The notes below the pieces were generated by a model, which was not told the origin of the DNA, did not search any database, and saw nothing but the letters and a program-made list of their open reading frames with translations. A stretch of 64,000 nt of DNA from assembly GCA_963702955.1 (NCBI GenBank), contig OY969774.1, positions 1,113,476 through 1,177,475 of the forward strand, written 5' to 3'. Positions 16,669-25,576 of this stretch are shown here, piece by piece. The first letter of the stretch is position 1; every line of letters begins with the position of its first letter. The DNA is from an uncultured Solirubrobacterales bacterium (GTDB taxonomy: Bacteria > Actinomycetota > Thermoleophilia > Solirubrobacterales > 70-9). The position numbers and the translations under genes are program-made.

Positions 16669-17955
16669 CTACTCGTCGCCGAGCAGTCCGAATCTGCGCC
16701 GCCAGCCCTTGGGCAGCATCACCTCGAGCACGTCGTCAACCGTCACCACGCCGATCATCCGTTCCTCGGCATCGACAACCGGCGCCGCGATCAGGTTGTA
16801 GTCGGCCATCAGGCGGGCGACTTCCTCGAAGTCCGCCTCGGGGATCAGGTGGGGTATGTACTGGAGGTCCAACTCGGAAAGACCCGCTTCAGGATCTGAG
16901 CGAACCAGGGTCGCGAGCGGGACCGCGCCGAGGAAGTGGTGTCCCACGTCCATGACGTAGACGCTCGACAGCATCTCGGCGGCGAGCGAGCTTCGGCGCA
17001 CCCGCTCCAAAACCTCGCCGACCGTCGCCTGCCGGTAGACGCTGATGAAGTCCGGGCTCATCAAGCCACCGGCCTCGGCCGGGTCGTAGCCAAGCAGCGC
17101 CCGCACCTTGCGCTGGTGGAGCGACGGCAGCAGGTCGAGCACGATCCCCCGGCGCCCCTTCTCCAGCTCGGCGATCAGGTCGGCGGCGTCGTCAGGTGCC
17201 ATGCGCGCGACCACGGCGGCCACCTGCTCGTCGGAGCGGTGCTCGATGAACTCCATCTGGTGCTGCTCGTCCAGCTCCTCAAAAACGTCGGCTTCAAGCT
17301 CCAAGTCGTCCTGGCCGACCGCCTGGATGATCTCCTCGCCCTCGCTGTGGGAGGCGGCCTCGACCAGATCGGCGATCTGGGCGGGGTGGAGCTTGGCGAG
17401 TCTGGTGTGGAAGACGCGGAGCCGGACGGTCGGAAGGTCACCGGCAAAGGGCTCGACGCTGGCCCAGTCGAGGAACTCTCCGGTCGCGATCCTGCGCCCG
17501 AGCATCCGGGGGAGAAGGCGGCGCATCCCACCGCGCGGGCCGGTATCGACGCCGACCACGCGCCACCAGCCCTCCAGCCGCGCCAGCTCGACCTCGTTGG
17601 CTCGCACCAGGCGCGCACCCTCGACGTTGATCAACTGGTGGTCGAGAACGTCGTGCTTGAGCAGAACCTCCTCCGGACGCCTCTCAAAAGGCCGCAGATC
17701 GAGCTTCGCCTTGCTGAGCACGGCTTCTCCGGGAGCGAGGTCGGCAAGTCTGTCTGAGGGCAGATATGCCTGTCGCCCGGCCACCGTCACCAGCAGTCCC
17801 GTGATCGGCGGGTAGCCGGTCCCGCTGAGGCGCACGATCAGGTCATCGACCCGTCCAAGCCGCTGCCCATCGCTGTCACGGAGCGCTCCGCCGGTGACGA
17901 GCGAGAGGTGAAGGATCTTCGGCGCCTCGGCCAGCTCCGCAGCCATAGGCAACAT
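16669..17955 (-). CDS. soluble PRC-barrel + MgtE N-domain + CBS-pair protein (no MgtE pore domain)
   Basis: N-terminal PRC-barrel-like repeats (GQRLGRVDDLIVRL...), an MgtE_N-like acidic helical domain (AQIADLVEAASHSEGEEIIQAV...), and two CBS motifs. It ends right after CBS2 (DDVLEVMLPKGWRRRF). Start taken at ATG 17955. Confidence 0.7.
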   Translation of the reverse strand: MLPMAAELAEAPKILHLSLVTGGALRDSDGQRLGRVDDLIVRLSGTGYPPITGLLVTVAGRQAYLPSDRLADLAPGEAVLSKAKLDLRPFERRPEEVLLKHDVLDHQLINVEGARLVRANEVELARLEGWWRVVGVDTGPRGGMRRLLPRMLGRRIATGEFLDWASVEPFAGDLPTVRLRVFHTRLAKLHPAQIADLVEAASHSEGEEIIQAVGQDDLELEADVFEELDEQHQMEFIEHRSDEQVAAVVARMAPDDAADLIAELEKGRRGIVLDLLPSLHQRKVRALLGYDPAEAGGLMSPDFISVYRQATVGEVLERVRRSSLAAEMLSSVYVMDVGHHFLGAVPLATLVRSDPEAGLSELDLQYIPHLIPEADFEEVARLMADYNLIAAPVVDAEERMIGVVTVDDVLEVMLPKGWRRRFGLLGDE

Positions 17956-18000
17956 GCTAGGCGCAGCGGCTGAAGACGTGGCTAGTGGGCGTGCCCGTAC

Positions 18001-18257
18001 TCGGCATGCGGTGAAGCTTGACACGTCGGCTTAAGAGCCTCCAAAGCGCGCCGTGCGCCCGCGCGGCGGGGAATATCCTTCGCGCCGATGACGCTCAGGC
18101 TCGGCCGGCGAGCTCTCGTCCCGATCGGGCTGCTGGGGCTCGTCGCGCTGGCGCAACCCGCGACCGCGTCGGCCCACGGGATCGTCGGCCGCGCCGACCT
18201 GCCGATCCCCTCGTGGCTGTTCGCCTGGGCCGCCGCGATCGTGATGGTGATCTCCTT
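18001..18257. repeat. direct repeat copy B (intact): intergenic region plus the first 57 or so codons of the membrane gene
   Basis: See copy A. It contains a relic of the sco start codon (ATG 18007-18005) followed by a 16-codon dead-end ORF. Confidence 0.9.
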
Positions 18258-19515
18258 CGTCGCGCTCTTCCGGCTCTGGAGCGAGCCGCGCGGGCGGGCG
18301 CGGGAGAGATTGCTCCTCCACCTGCCGGCGACGCTGGAGTGGCCGCTGGGGGCGTTCGGCGTCCTCGTCTTCGCGGCGGTCGTCGTCGCGGGGCTGTGGG
18401 GCGCCCAGGACTTCACCTCGAACCTGGCGCCGACCTTCGTCTACGTCGTCCTCTGGGTGGGGGTGCCGATCGCCAGCTTCTTCGTCGGCGACCTCTTCCG
18501 GCCGTTGAACCCGTGGCGGGCGGTGGCCCGCCTGACGGCGGGGCTGCTGCGCCTGGCCGGCCGCGAGGCGCGCCCGCTGGCCGGCGCCTACCCGCCGCGG
18601 CTCGGCCGCCGGCCCGCCGCCGTCACCCTGGCTGCCTTCGCCTGGCTCGAGCTGGTCTACCCGAGCAAGGACGACCCGAGCCTGCTCGGAGCGCTGGCGC
18701 TCGTCTACGCCGCCGTCCAGCTCGCCGGCATGGCCTGCTTCGGGATCGAGGAATGGACGCGCCGCGGCGACGGCTTCTCGGTCTACTTCGGGTTCATCGC
18801 CCTGCTGGCGCCGCTGCGCTGGAGCGAGGGCCGGCTCTACCTGCGCTGGCCGCTGCTCGGCGCCCGCGAGCTCGACGTCTTGCCGGGCACCGCGGCCGTC
18901 CTCTGCGTCCTGATCGGCTCGACCAGCTTCGACGGCTTCTCCAACGGGGAGCTCTGGTACAAGATCGCGCCGCCGCTGCAGCGGTTCTTCGAGCACCTCG
19001 GCTTCACCGCGATCGGCGGCTTCGAGGCGGAGGGGACGCTGGGGCTGATCTTCTGGATCCTCTTCGTGGCCGGCATCTACAACCTCGGCATCTACGGGAT
19101 GTCGCGAGCGGTCGGCGGCGACCGGCGTCGCCTGCGAGGCGAGTTCCTGCACACGCTGCTGCCGATCGCCTTCGGCTACATGCTCGCCCACTACTTCTCG
19201 CTGCTCGTCCTGCAGGGGCAGGCGGTGACCTACCTGATCTCCGACCCGCTCGGCCAGGGAAGCGACTACTTCGGGACCTCCAACTTCCTCGTCAACTACA
19301 ACCTGATCTCCTTCGCCGCGATCTGGTACGTGCAGATCGCGGCGATCGTCGCCGGCCACGTCGGCGGCCTCGTCCTCTCACACGACCGCGGCCTGGTCTC
19401 GTTCCGCTCGCCGCGGGACTCGGTTCGTGCCCAGCACTGGATGCTGATCGTGATGGTCGGCTTCACCTGCCTCGCCCTCTGGATCCTCTCGGCGGTGACC
19501 ACGGCGACCGTCTGA
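18088..19515 (+). CDS. polytopic membrane protein, unknown function, predicted mature N-terminal His
   Basis: 475 aa. Signal MTLRLGRRALVPIGLLGLVALAQPATASA/HGIVGRADLP, then about 10 TM helices. Ancestrally divergent from sco. Confidence 0.7.
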   Translation: MTLRLGRRALVPIGLLGLVALAQPATASAHGIVGRADLPIPSWLFAWAAAIVMVISFVALFRLWSEPRGRARERLLLHLPATLEWPLGAFGVLVFAAVVVAGLWGAQDFTSNLAPTFVYVVLWVGVPIASFFVGDLFRPLNPWRAVARLTAGLLRLAGREARPLAGAYPPRLGRRPAAVTLAAFAWLELVYPSKDDPSLLGALALVYAAVQLAGMACFGIEEWTRRGDGFSVYFGFIALLAPLRWSEGRLYLRWPLLGARELDVLPGTAAVLCVLIGSTSFDGFSNGELWYKIAPPLQRFFEHLGFTAIGGFEAEGTLGLIFWILFVAGIYNLGIYGMSRAVGGDRRRLRGEFLHTLLPIAFGYMLAHYFSLLVLQGQAVTYLISDPLGQGSDYFGTSNFLVNYNLISFAAIWYVQIAAIVAGHVGGLVLSHDRGLVSFRSPRDSVRAQHWMLIVMVGFTCLALWILSAVTTATV

Positions 19516-19537
19516 CGGCGAGGAGCGAGCGATCGGA

Positions 19538-20188
19538 TCAGCGGGCCTGCCGGGTCTGCCGATCTCGCAGCTCGACCAGCGCCAGCGCCAGCGCGACCGG
19601 CACCGTAGCGGGCAGCGTGTCGACCGCGAAGAAGAGCAGGTCGAGGGCCAGGGCGAAGATCGCCACCAGCCAAGCCGCGCGCAGCTGGATGCGGCGCGAG
19701 CCGGCCAGGAGGCAGCCGAGGGTGGCGGCTACGAAGAGGTCGCCGAAGCCCATGACCGCCGCGCCGAAGTGGACCGCCTGCAGGCGCGGCAGGCCGGCCG
19801 GGGCGGCGGCGGTGAGGACGGCGTTCGGGCCCTGCAGCAGTTCGGTGGCGACGAACCAGGTGTCGACCACGGCCATCGCGTAGATCCCGAGCTTCAACCA
19901 GGCGGCGGGGGCGACGGCGACCAGCAGCCGGCCGAGGCCGACGCAGCCGAGCGCGGTCAGCGCCGTCGCCGCGGTCTCGCCGGCGAGCGAGCCGGACCCG
20001 GCCCAGGCAAGCGCGAACAGCGGCACGACGGCGAGCGCCCAGGCGGGCCGGCCGCCGCGGACCAGCCGGCCGAGTGCCAGGGCCGCGAACGGCGGCACGG
20101 CGACCAGCGCCAGCCAGGAGAGCACCGTCGCCGATTCCCCCCAGAGGGCAACGATCCCGATCACGACGACGATCGAGAGCGCCGGCAC
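19538..20188 (-). CDS. polytopic membrane protein with GxGD-like motif; start uncertain
   Basis: 216 aa from GTG 20188. The frame stays open upstream to 20365 and encodes another TM-like stretch (FAVSIAILGLLQAALVAL) with no ATG/GTG/TTG. Motifs AVVDTWF, MGFGDLF, LPATVP. Confidence 0.55.
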   Translation of the reverse strand: MPALSIVVVIGIVALWGESATVLSWLALVAVPPFAALALGRLVRGGRPAWALAVVPLFALAWAGSGSLAGETAATALTALGCVGLGRLLVAVAPAAWLKLGIYAMAVVDTWFVATELLQGPNAVLTAAAPAGLPRLQAVHFGAAVMGFGDLFVAATLGCLLAGSRRIQLRAAWLVAIFALALDLLFFAVDTLPATVPVALALALVELRDRQTRQAR

Positions 20189-20309
20189 CAGCGCCCACCA
20201 GGGGTTGCGGAAGCCGTCCAGCCAGTCGAGCCGCCGAGCCCGCGGCAGCGCAACCAGCGCCGCCTGCAGCAGGCCGAGGATCGCTATCGAGACGGCGAAG
20301 GAGGGCGAG

Positions 20310-21896
20310 CTACTCCCACTCGATCGTGGCCGGCGGCTTCGATGAGATGTCCAAAGCCACTCGATTCACGTCTCTTATCTCGTTGATGATCCGGTTGGAG
20401 ACTCGCTCCAGCAGGTCGTAGGGCAGGCGCGCCCAGTCGGCGGTCATCGCGTCGTCGGAGGTGACGGCGCGGATCACGATCGGGTAGGCGTAGGTGCGGC
20501 CGTCGCCCTGGACTCCCACCGAGCGGACGACCGGCAGCACGCAGAACGACTGCCAGAGCTGCCGGTACAGCTCGGCGGCGCGGACCTCCTCCTGCAGGAT
20601 CGCGTCGGCGGCGCGGAGGATGTCGAGCCGCTCGCGGTTGACCTCGCCGCCGACGATGCGGATCGCCAGTCCCGGCCCGGGGAAGGGCTGGCGCCAGACC
20701 ATCCGCTCCGGCAGCCCCAGCTCGGCGCCGACCGCCCGCACCTCGTCCTTGAACAGCATCCGCAGCGGCTCGACCAGCTCGAACTCGAGGTCCTCGGGCA
20801 GGCCGCCGACGTTGTGGTGGGACTTGATCGTCGCCGCGTGGTCGCTGCCGCCGGACTCGATCACGTCCGAGTAGAGCGTCCCCTGCACGAGGTAGGCGGC
20901 GTCCTCGAGCTTCGCCGCCTCCTCCTCGAAGACGCGGATGAACTCCTCGCCGATGATCTTGCGCTTGCGCTCCGGCTCGTCCTCGCCGGCCAGCCGGGCG
21001 AGGAACCGCTCCTCGGCCTCGACGTGGACCAGCGGGATGCCGAACTGCTCGAAGGCCGCGACCACCTGCTCCGCCTCGTTCAGCCGCATCAGGCCGTGGT
21101 CGACGAAGACGCAGGTCAGCTTCTCCCCCACCGCGCGGTGGACGAGCAGCGCCGCGACCGAGGAATCGACGCCGCCGGAGAGGCCGCAGATCACCCGGCC
21201 CTCGCCGACCTGGGCGCGAATCGCCTCGACCTGCTCGGCGATCACCGACTGCGGCGACCACTCCTGCTCGCAGCCGGCGATCTCACGCAGGAAGCGGGTC
21301 AGGACCTCGGTGCCGTAGGGCGTGTGGACGACCTCGGGGTGGAACTGGATGCCGTAGAGGCCGCGGTCGGGCGCCTCGCAGGCGGCGACCGGCGAGGTCG
21401 GCGTCGAGGCGAGAGCGACGAAGCCGGGCGGCGGCTCGAAGACGGTGTCGCGGTGGCTCATCCAGCAGCTCTGCTCCTCCGGCAGGCCGCCGAGCAGCTT
21501 GCCGCCGGCGTTGCGCAGGGTCAGCTCGGCCCGCCCGAACTCGCCCGACTCGGCGCCTTCGACCTTCCCCCCCAGCGCCTGCACCATCGCCTGCATCCCG
21601 TAACAGATCCCCAGCATCGGAATCCCCAAATCGAGCAGATCGGTAGGAAACGCCGGCGCCCCCGGCTCGTACACGGAAGCCGGCCCGCCCGAGAGGATCA
21701 AGCCTTTCGGCGCCCGCCCCTTGATCTCCTCAGCCGAAACCGTCGCCGGCAGCAGCTCGGCGAACACCCCACATTCCCGAATTCGCCGCGCAATGAGCTG
21801 CGAGTACTGGCCCCCGAAGTCGAGGACGAGCACCTCCTCGGAGGCCTGGGCCGGCGCCGCGGTGGCGCCGGCCTCAGTCGTCGGCGACTCCAACAC
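20310..21896 (-). CDS. guaA: GMP synthase (glutamine-hydrolysing)
   Basis: GATase domain ([26 protein letters not shown]), ATP-PPase SGGVDSS, canonical C-terminus KPPATIEWE. Confidence 0.95.
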   Translation of the reverse strand: MLESPTTEAGATAAPAQASEEVLVLDFGGQYSQLIARRIRECGVFAELLPATVSAEEIKGRAPKGLILSGGPASVYEPGAPAFPTDLLDLGIPMLGICYGMQAMVQALGGKVEGAESGEFGRAELTLRNAGGKLLGGLPEEQSCWMSHRDTVFEPPPGFVALASTPTSPVAACEAPDRGLYGIQFHPEVVHTPYGTEVLTRFLREIAGCEQEWSPQSVIAEQVEAIRAQVGEGRVICGLSGGVDSSVAALLVHRAVGEKLTCVFVDHGLMRLNEAEQVVAAFEQFGIPLVHVEAEERFLARLAGEDEPERKRKIIGEEFIRVFEEEAAKLEDAAYLVQGTLYSDVIESGGSDHAATIKSHHNVGGLPEDLEFELVEPLRMLFKDEVRAVGAELGLPERMVWRQPFPGPGLAIRIVGGEVNRERLDILRAADAILQEEVRAAELYRQLWQSFCVLPVVRSVGVQGDGRTYAYPIVIRAVTSDDAMTADWARLPYDLLERVSNRIINEIRDVNRVALDISSKPPATIEWE

Positions 21897-23079
21897 CGGC
21901 GGAGACCGCCGCGCGACCGTTCGACCCCATCCCCACCGATTGCTCGTTCTGCAGCTTCTTCCCCTCGCTCTGCAGCGCCGGCGCGACCATCACCTCGGCC
22001 CGCTGGAAGGAGCGGATGTCCTCGTAGCCGGTCGTCGCCATCGAGGTTTTCAGCGCCCCCATGATGTTGAAGGTGCCGTCGTTCTCCTGAGCGGGGCCGA
22101 GCAGGATCTCCTCCATCGTCCCGTCCTGCTTGGTCGAGACCCGGGTGCCGCGCGGCAGCGAGGGGTGGAAGGTCGCCATACCCCAGTGGAAGCCGCGGCC
22201 GGGGGCCTCCTTGGCGCGGGCCAGCGGCGAGCCGACCATCACCGCGTCGGCGCCGACCGCGATCGCCTTGGAGACGTCGCCGCCGGTGCGCATGCCGCCG
22301 TCGGCGATCACGTTGACGTACTCGCCGGTCTCCAGCATGTGCTGGGCACGGGCGGCGGCGACGTCGGCGATCGCGGTCGCCTGCGGGACGCCGATCCCGA
22401 GCACGCCGCGGGTCGTGCAGGCGGCGCCGGGGCCGACCCCGACGAGGACGCCGACCGCGCCGGTCCGCATCAGGTGCAGGCCGGTCGAGTAGGAGGCGCA
22501 GCCGCCGACCACCGTCGGCACCGGGACTTCGGCGATGAACTCCTTCAGGTTGAGCGGCTCGACCGTGGTCGAGACGTGTTCGGCGGAGATCACCGTGCCC
22601 TGGATGACGAGGATGTCGATCCCGGCCTCGACCGCGATCTCGTAGTGCTCGCGCACCTTCTGCGGCGTCAACGAGCCGCAGGCGACGGCGCCGCGATCCT
22701 TGATCTCGGCCACCCGCTGCCCGATCAGCTCCGGCTTGACCGGCTCGGCGTAGATCTCCTGCATGATCCGCGTCGCCAGGTGCTTCGGCGCGGCGGCGAT
22801 CTTCTCCAGCTGCTCCTCGGCGTTCTCGAAGCGGGTCCAGATCCCCTCCAGGTTGAGCACCCCGAGGCCGCCCAGCTGGTTGACGAGGATCGCCGTCTCC
22901 GGGCTCACCACCCCGTCCATCGCCGAGGCGACGAGCGGCAGCTCGAAGCGGTACGGGCCGAGGGTCCAGCTGATGTCTATGTCGTCGGGATCGCGGGTGC
23001 GGCGCGACGGAACGATCGCGATGTCGTCGAATCCGTAAGCGCGCCTCCCCTTCTTGCCGCGACCGATGTCGATCTCCAA
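21874..23079 (-). CDS. GuaB3-type IMP dehydrogenase-related protein (no CBS insert)
   Basis: [38 protein letters not shown]... and a TIM-barrel IMPDH-like core lacking the CBS pair. Matches actinobacterial GuaB3. Confidence 0.85.
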   Translation of the reverse strand: MEIDIGRGKKGRRAYGFDDIAIVPSRRTRDPDDIDISWTLGPYRFELPLVASAMDGVVSPETAILVNQLGGLGVLNLEGIWTRFENAEEQLEKIAAAPKHLATRIMQEIYAEPVKPELIGQRVAEIKDRGAVACGSLTPQKVREHYEIAVEAGIDILVIQGTVISAEHVSTTVEPLNLKEFIAEVPVPTVVGGCASYSTGLHLMRTGAVGVLVGVGPGAACTTRGVLGIGVPQATAIADVAAARAQHMLETGEYVNVIADGGMRTGGDVSKAIAVGADAVMVGSPLARAKEAPGRGFHWGMATFHPSLPRGTRVSTKQDGTMEEILLGPAQENDGTFNIMGALKTSMATTGYEDIRSFQRAEVMVAPALQSEGKKLQNEQSVGMGSNGRAAVSAGVGVADD

Positions 23080-23118
23080 ATCGATCCTCCAGAGAAGGTG
23101 GTGGCTTGAGCAGTCAGC

Positions 23119-24075
23119 CTACACTTCCGCATGGACCTCCAGATCGCGCACCTCGACCTCGTCGAGCAGGCGCTCGACCCCGCGGCGGTCAACGGTACCG
23201 GCGCCGAAGTGCTGGGTCAACTCGGCGCCGGCGGCGACGCCGTAGGCGAGGCACTCCTCCGGCTCGCGGCCGTCGTAGAGGGCGGCGGCGTAGCCGGCGA
23301 GGAAGGCGTCGCCCGATCCGACCGTCGAGACCGGTTCCAGCGAGCGGGTGCGGACCTCGACCACGCGCCGCTCGGAGCCGCTGCCGACCACCGCGACGCA
23401 GCCGTCGGGCCGCGTGATCGCAGCTTCACCGGCGCCCAGCCGGACCAGCTCGCCCAGCCCGTGGACGAGGTCGTCGCGATCGGCGAACTCCTGGCCGACC
23501 AGCTCCTCGGCCTCGCCCTCGTTCGGGGTGACGATCGAGGCGCCGGCTCGCAGGCCGGCGAGCATCGGCTCCCCCTCGGAGTCGAGGATCGTCGTCACGC
23601 CGCGCTCGCGCAGCTCGCCGACCAGGCGCGCGTAGATGTCCTCGCCCGCTCCCGGGGGCAGGCTGCCGGCGAGGACACAGATCCGCGCCCCCGCGGCGAG
23701 GTAGCCGAGGCGCTCGACGAAGCGCTCGACCTCCTCGGCGCTGACCGCCGGGCCGCGCTCGTTGATCTCGGTCTGCTCGCCCGAGGTCGGATCGATCACC
23801 GCCATGTTGATCCGCGTCTCGCCGGCGATCCAGGTGAAGTCGGTGAGGATCGCCTCGCGCCGCAGCTGCTCGAGCACCCGGTTGCCGGTCGGCCCGCCGG
23901 CGAAGCCGGCGGCGATCACCGGGCGGCCGAGCAGGCGCAGCGCCCGGGCGACGTTGATGCCCTTGCCGCCGGCGACGGTGCGGCTCTCGACCGCGCGGTG
24001 GCGCCGGCCGAGGCGGAAGTTCGGGACCGCGACCGTGCGGTCGCTGGCCGCGTTGAGGGTGACCGTGAGGATCAT
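23119..24075 (-). CDS. PfkB-family sugar kinase (1-phosphofructokinase / tagatose-6-P kinase type)
   Basis: Start MILTVTLNAA (ATG 24075, ATGA overlap with the upstream stop). GGKGINVA and GSGDAFLAG motifs. Confidence 0.85.
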   Translation of the reverse strand: MILTVTLNAASDRTVAVPNFRLGRRHRAVESRTVAGGKGINVARALRLLGRPVIAAGFAGGPTGNRVLEQLRREAILTDFTWIAGETRINMAVIDPTSGEQTEINERGPAVSAEEVERFVERLGYLAAGARICVLAGSLPPGAGEDIYARLVGELRERGVTTILDSEGEPMLAGLRAGASIVTPNEGEAEELVGQEFADRDDLVHGLGELVRLGAGEAAITRPDGCVAVVGSGSERRVVEVRTRSLEPVSTVGSGDAFLAGYAAALYDGREPEECLAYGVAAGAELTQHFGAGTVDRRGVERLLDEVEVRDLEVHAEV

Positions 24076-25259
24076 CGCCGGAAGCGCCTGATTACGAGGC
24101 TCACGAGGACCAGTATCCCTAACAGGGCGAGCGCGATCCACACGGCGTTGTCTTCGGCGAAGCTGCGGGCGCGATCCCAGGCGCTCGCCTTCCCCACCGC
24201 GCGGGCGGCGCGCAGCGGGACGATCCCGTCCGGCAAGCCGTCGACGCGGACGATCGCCCGGCCGAGGACGGCGCCGCGGCGGATCGGTCCTTCGACCTGG
24301 CCCGGCGCCCGCACCGCGACTTCGACCCGCTCGCCCCGCCGCACCCCGGCGGCAACGCTGTGCGCTGCCCGCAGCGGCAGCTCGCCGCCCTGGTAGCGGA
24401 TCGACGGGCGCGCCGGCACCTGGCCGGCGTGAACCGGGACCCGCCTGCGGTACTGCGAGAAGCCGTATTCGAGCAGCCGCAGGGTGTCGTCGAAGCGGTC
24501 TTCGTCGGTTTCCGCGCCGACCACCGCGGCGATCAGCTCGACCCCCTTGCGGCGACCGGAGCCGACCAGCACGTAGCGGGCCCCGAAGGTGTGCCCGGTC
24601 TTGACCCCGTTGACCCAGGGCGCCAGGTCGAGCAGTTCGTCGATCGTCTCGATCCGCCGCCGCGGATGGACGCTGCGCAGCATGGCCTGCTTCGAGTCGG
24701 CGATCTTGGCGAAGACCGGGATCTGCAGCAGGCGCCGGGCCAGCGCCGCCAGGTCGGCGGCGCTGGAGTGGTTGCCGCGCTGGTCGAGGCCGATCGGGTT
24801 CGCGTAGTGGGTGTTCGCGAGGCCGAGCGCCGCCGCATAGCGGTTCATCTGGCGGACGAAGCCGGCCTCCGAGCCGCCGGCGGCCCGGGCGAGGTCGTAG
24901 GCGGCGTCGTTGCCGCTGCGCAGGATCAGCCCATAGAGCAGGTCGCGGACGCTGATCCGCTGGCCCGGGCGCAGGTTGAGCAGCGACTCGCCGTAGGTGG
25001 GGACGTAGGGAGCGGCGCGGACGATCCTCTCGAGCGGCAGCTCGTGCAGCACGACCCAGGCGGTCATCAGCTTGGTCGTGCTGGCGACCGGCAGGCGGCG
25101 GGCCGCCGCGTGGGAGGCCAGCACTTCGCCGCTGCGGGCGTCGATCAGCGCCCAGGCACGGGCGTCGAGGTCGGGGGGGCGTTCGGCGGCCCGCGCCGCG
25201 GCCGGGACGGTGGCCAGCAACACCGCGGCGAGCACGGCGGCCGGCCGGGCCGCCCTCAC
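24072..25259 (-). CDS. D-alanyl-D-alanine carboxypeptidase (S11 penicillin-binding protein)
   Basis: Signal peptide; SxxK (ASTTKLMT), SxN (RSGNDAA), KTG (VKTGHT); C-terminal TM anchor. Confidence 0.9.
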   Translation of the reverse strand: MRAARPAAVLAAVLLATVPAAARAAERPPDLDARAWALIDARSGEVLASHAAARRLPVASTTKLMTAWVVLHELPLERIVRAAPYVPTYGESLLNLRPGQRISVRDLLYGLILRSGNDAAYDLARAAGGSEAGFVRQMNRYAAALGLANTHYANPIGLDQRGNHSSAADLAALARRLLQIPVFAKIADSKQAMLRSVHPRRRIETIDELLDLAPWVNGVKTGHTFGARYVLVGSGRRKGVELIAAVVGAETDEDRFDDTLRLLEYGFSQYRRRVPVHAGQVPARPSIRYQGGELPLRAAHSVAAGVRRGERVEVAVRAPGQVEGPIRRGAVLGRAIVRVDGLPDGIVPLRAARAVGKASAWDRARSFAEDNAVWIALALLGILVLVSLVIRRFRR

Positions 25260-25576
25260 CGCAGCTTCAGCGTTTCTCCGGAGATCAGGATCTGCGGATC
25301 GACGCCGGGGTTGAGCGCCCGGATGCGGGCGACCGGGACGCCCGTCTTGCGGGCGATCGAGGTCAGGGTGTCGCCGTATTCGACGACGTAGGCCTTCGCG
25401 GCGGGGCGGCTGTCGCCGCCGCTGTGCTTGGCGGCATGGTTGCCGCCGCCGTTGCCGGAGCCGCTGTCGCCGCCGCCGCCGAGCGAGGTGGCGATCACCA
25501 CGACCACGACGACGAAGCCGCAGAGGACCGCGACCGCGGCGAGCACCCGAGCTGGGGCTGAGGAGCGCTTTCTCAT
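25256..25576 (-). CDS. LysM domain membrane-anchored protein
   Basis: N-terminal TM, Gly/Ser linker, C-terminal LysM (YVVEYGDTLTSIARKTGVPVARIRALNPGVDPQILISGETLKL). Confidence 0.85.
   Translation of the reverse strand: MRKRSSAPARVLAAVAVLCGFVVVVVVIATSLGGGGDSGSGNGGGNHAAKHSGGDSRPAAKAYVVEYGDTLTSIARKTGVPVARIRALNPGVDPQILISGETLKLR

Noticed and set aside
13281-18004. Integrase, transposase or inverted terminal repeats delimiting the cation island
   Set aside because: Every ORF in the island is a transporter or membrane/regulatory protein. No DDE, tyrosine or serine recombinase motifs and no terminal inverted repeats are visible, only the direct duplication reported above.
21874-21896. 23-nt overlap between the guaA start and the guaB3-like gene end, as a possible mis-annotation
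   Set aside because: Both products are full-length by motif content. Short overlaps are pervasive in this window and there is no better guaA start nearby.
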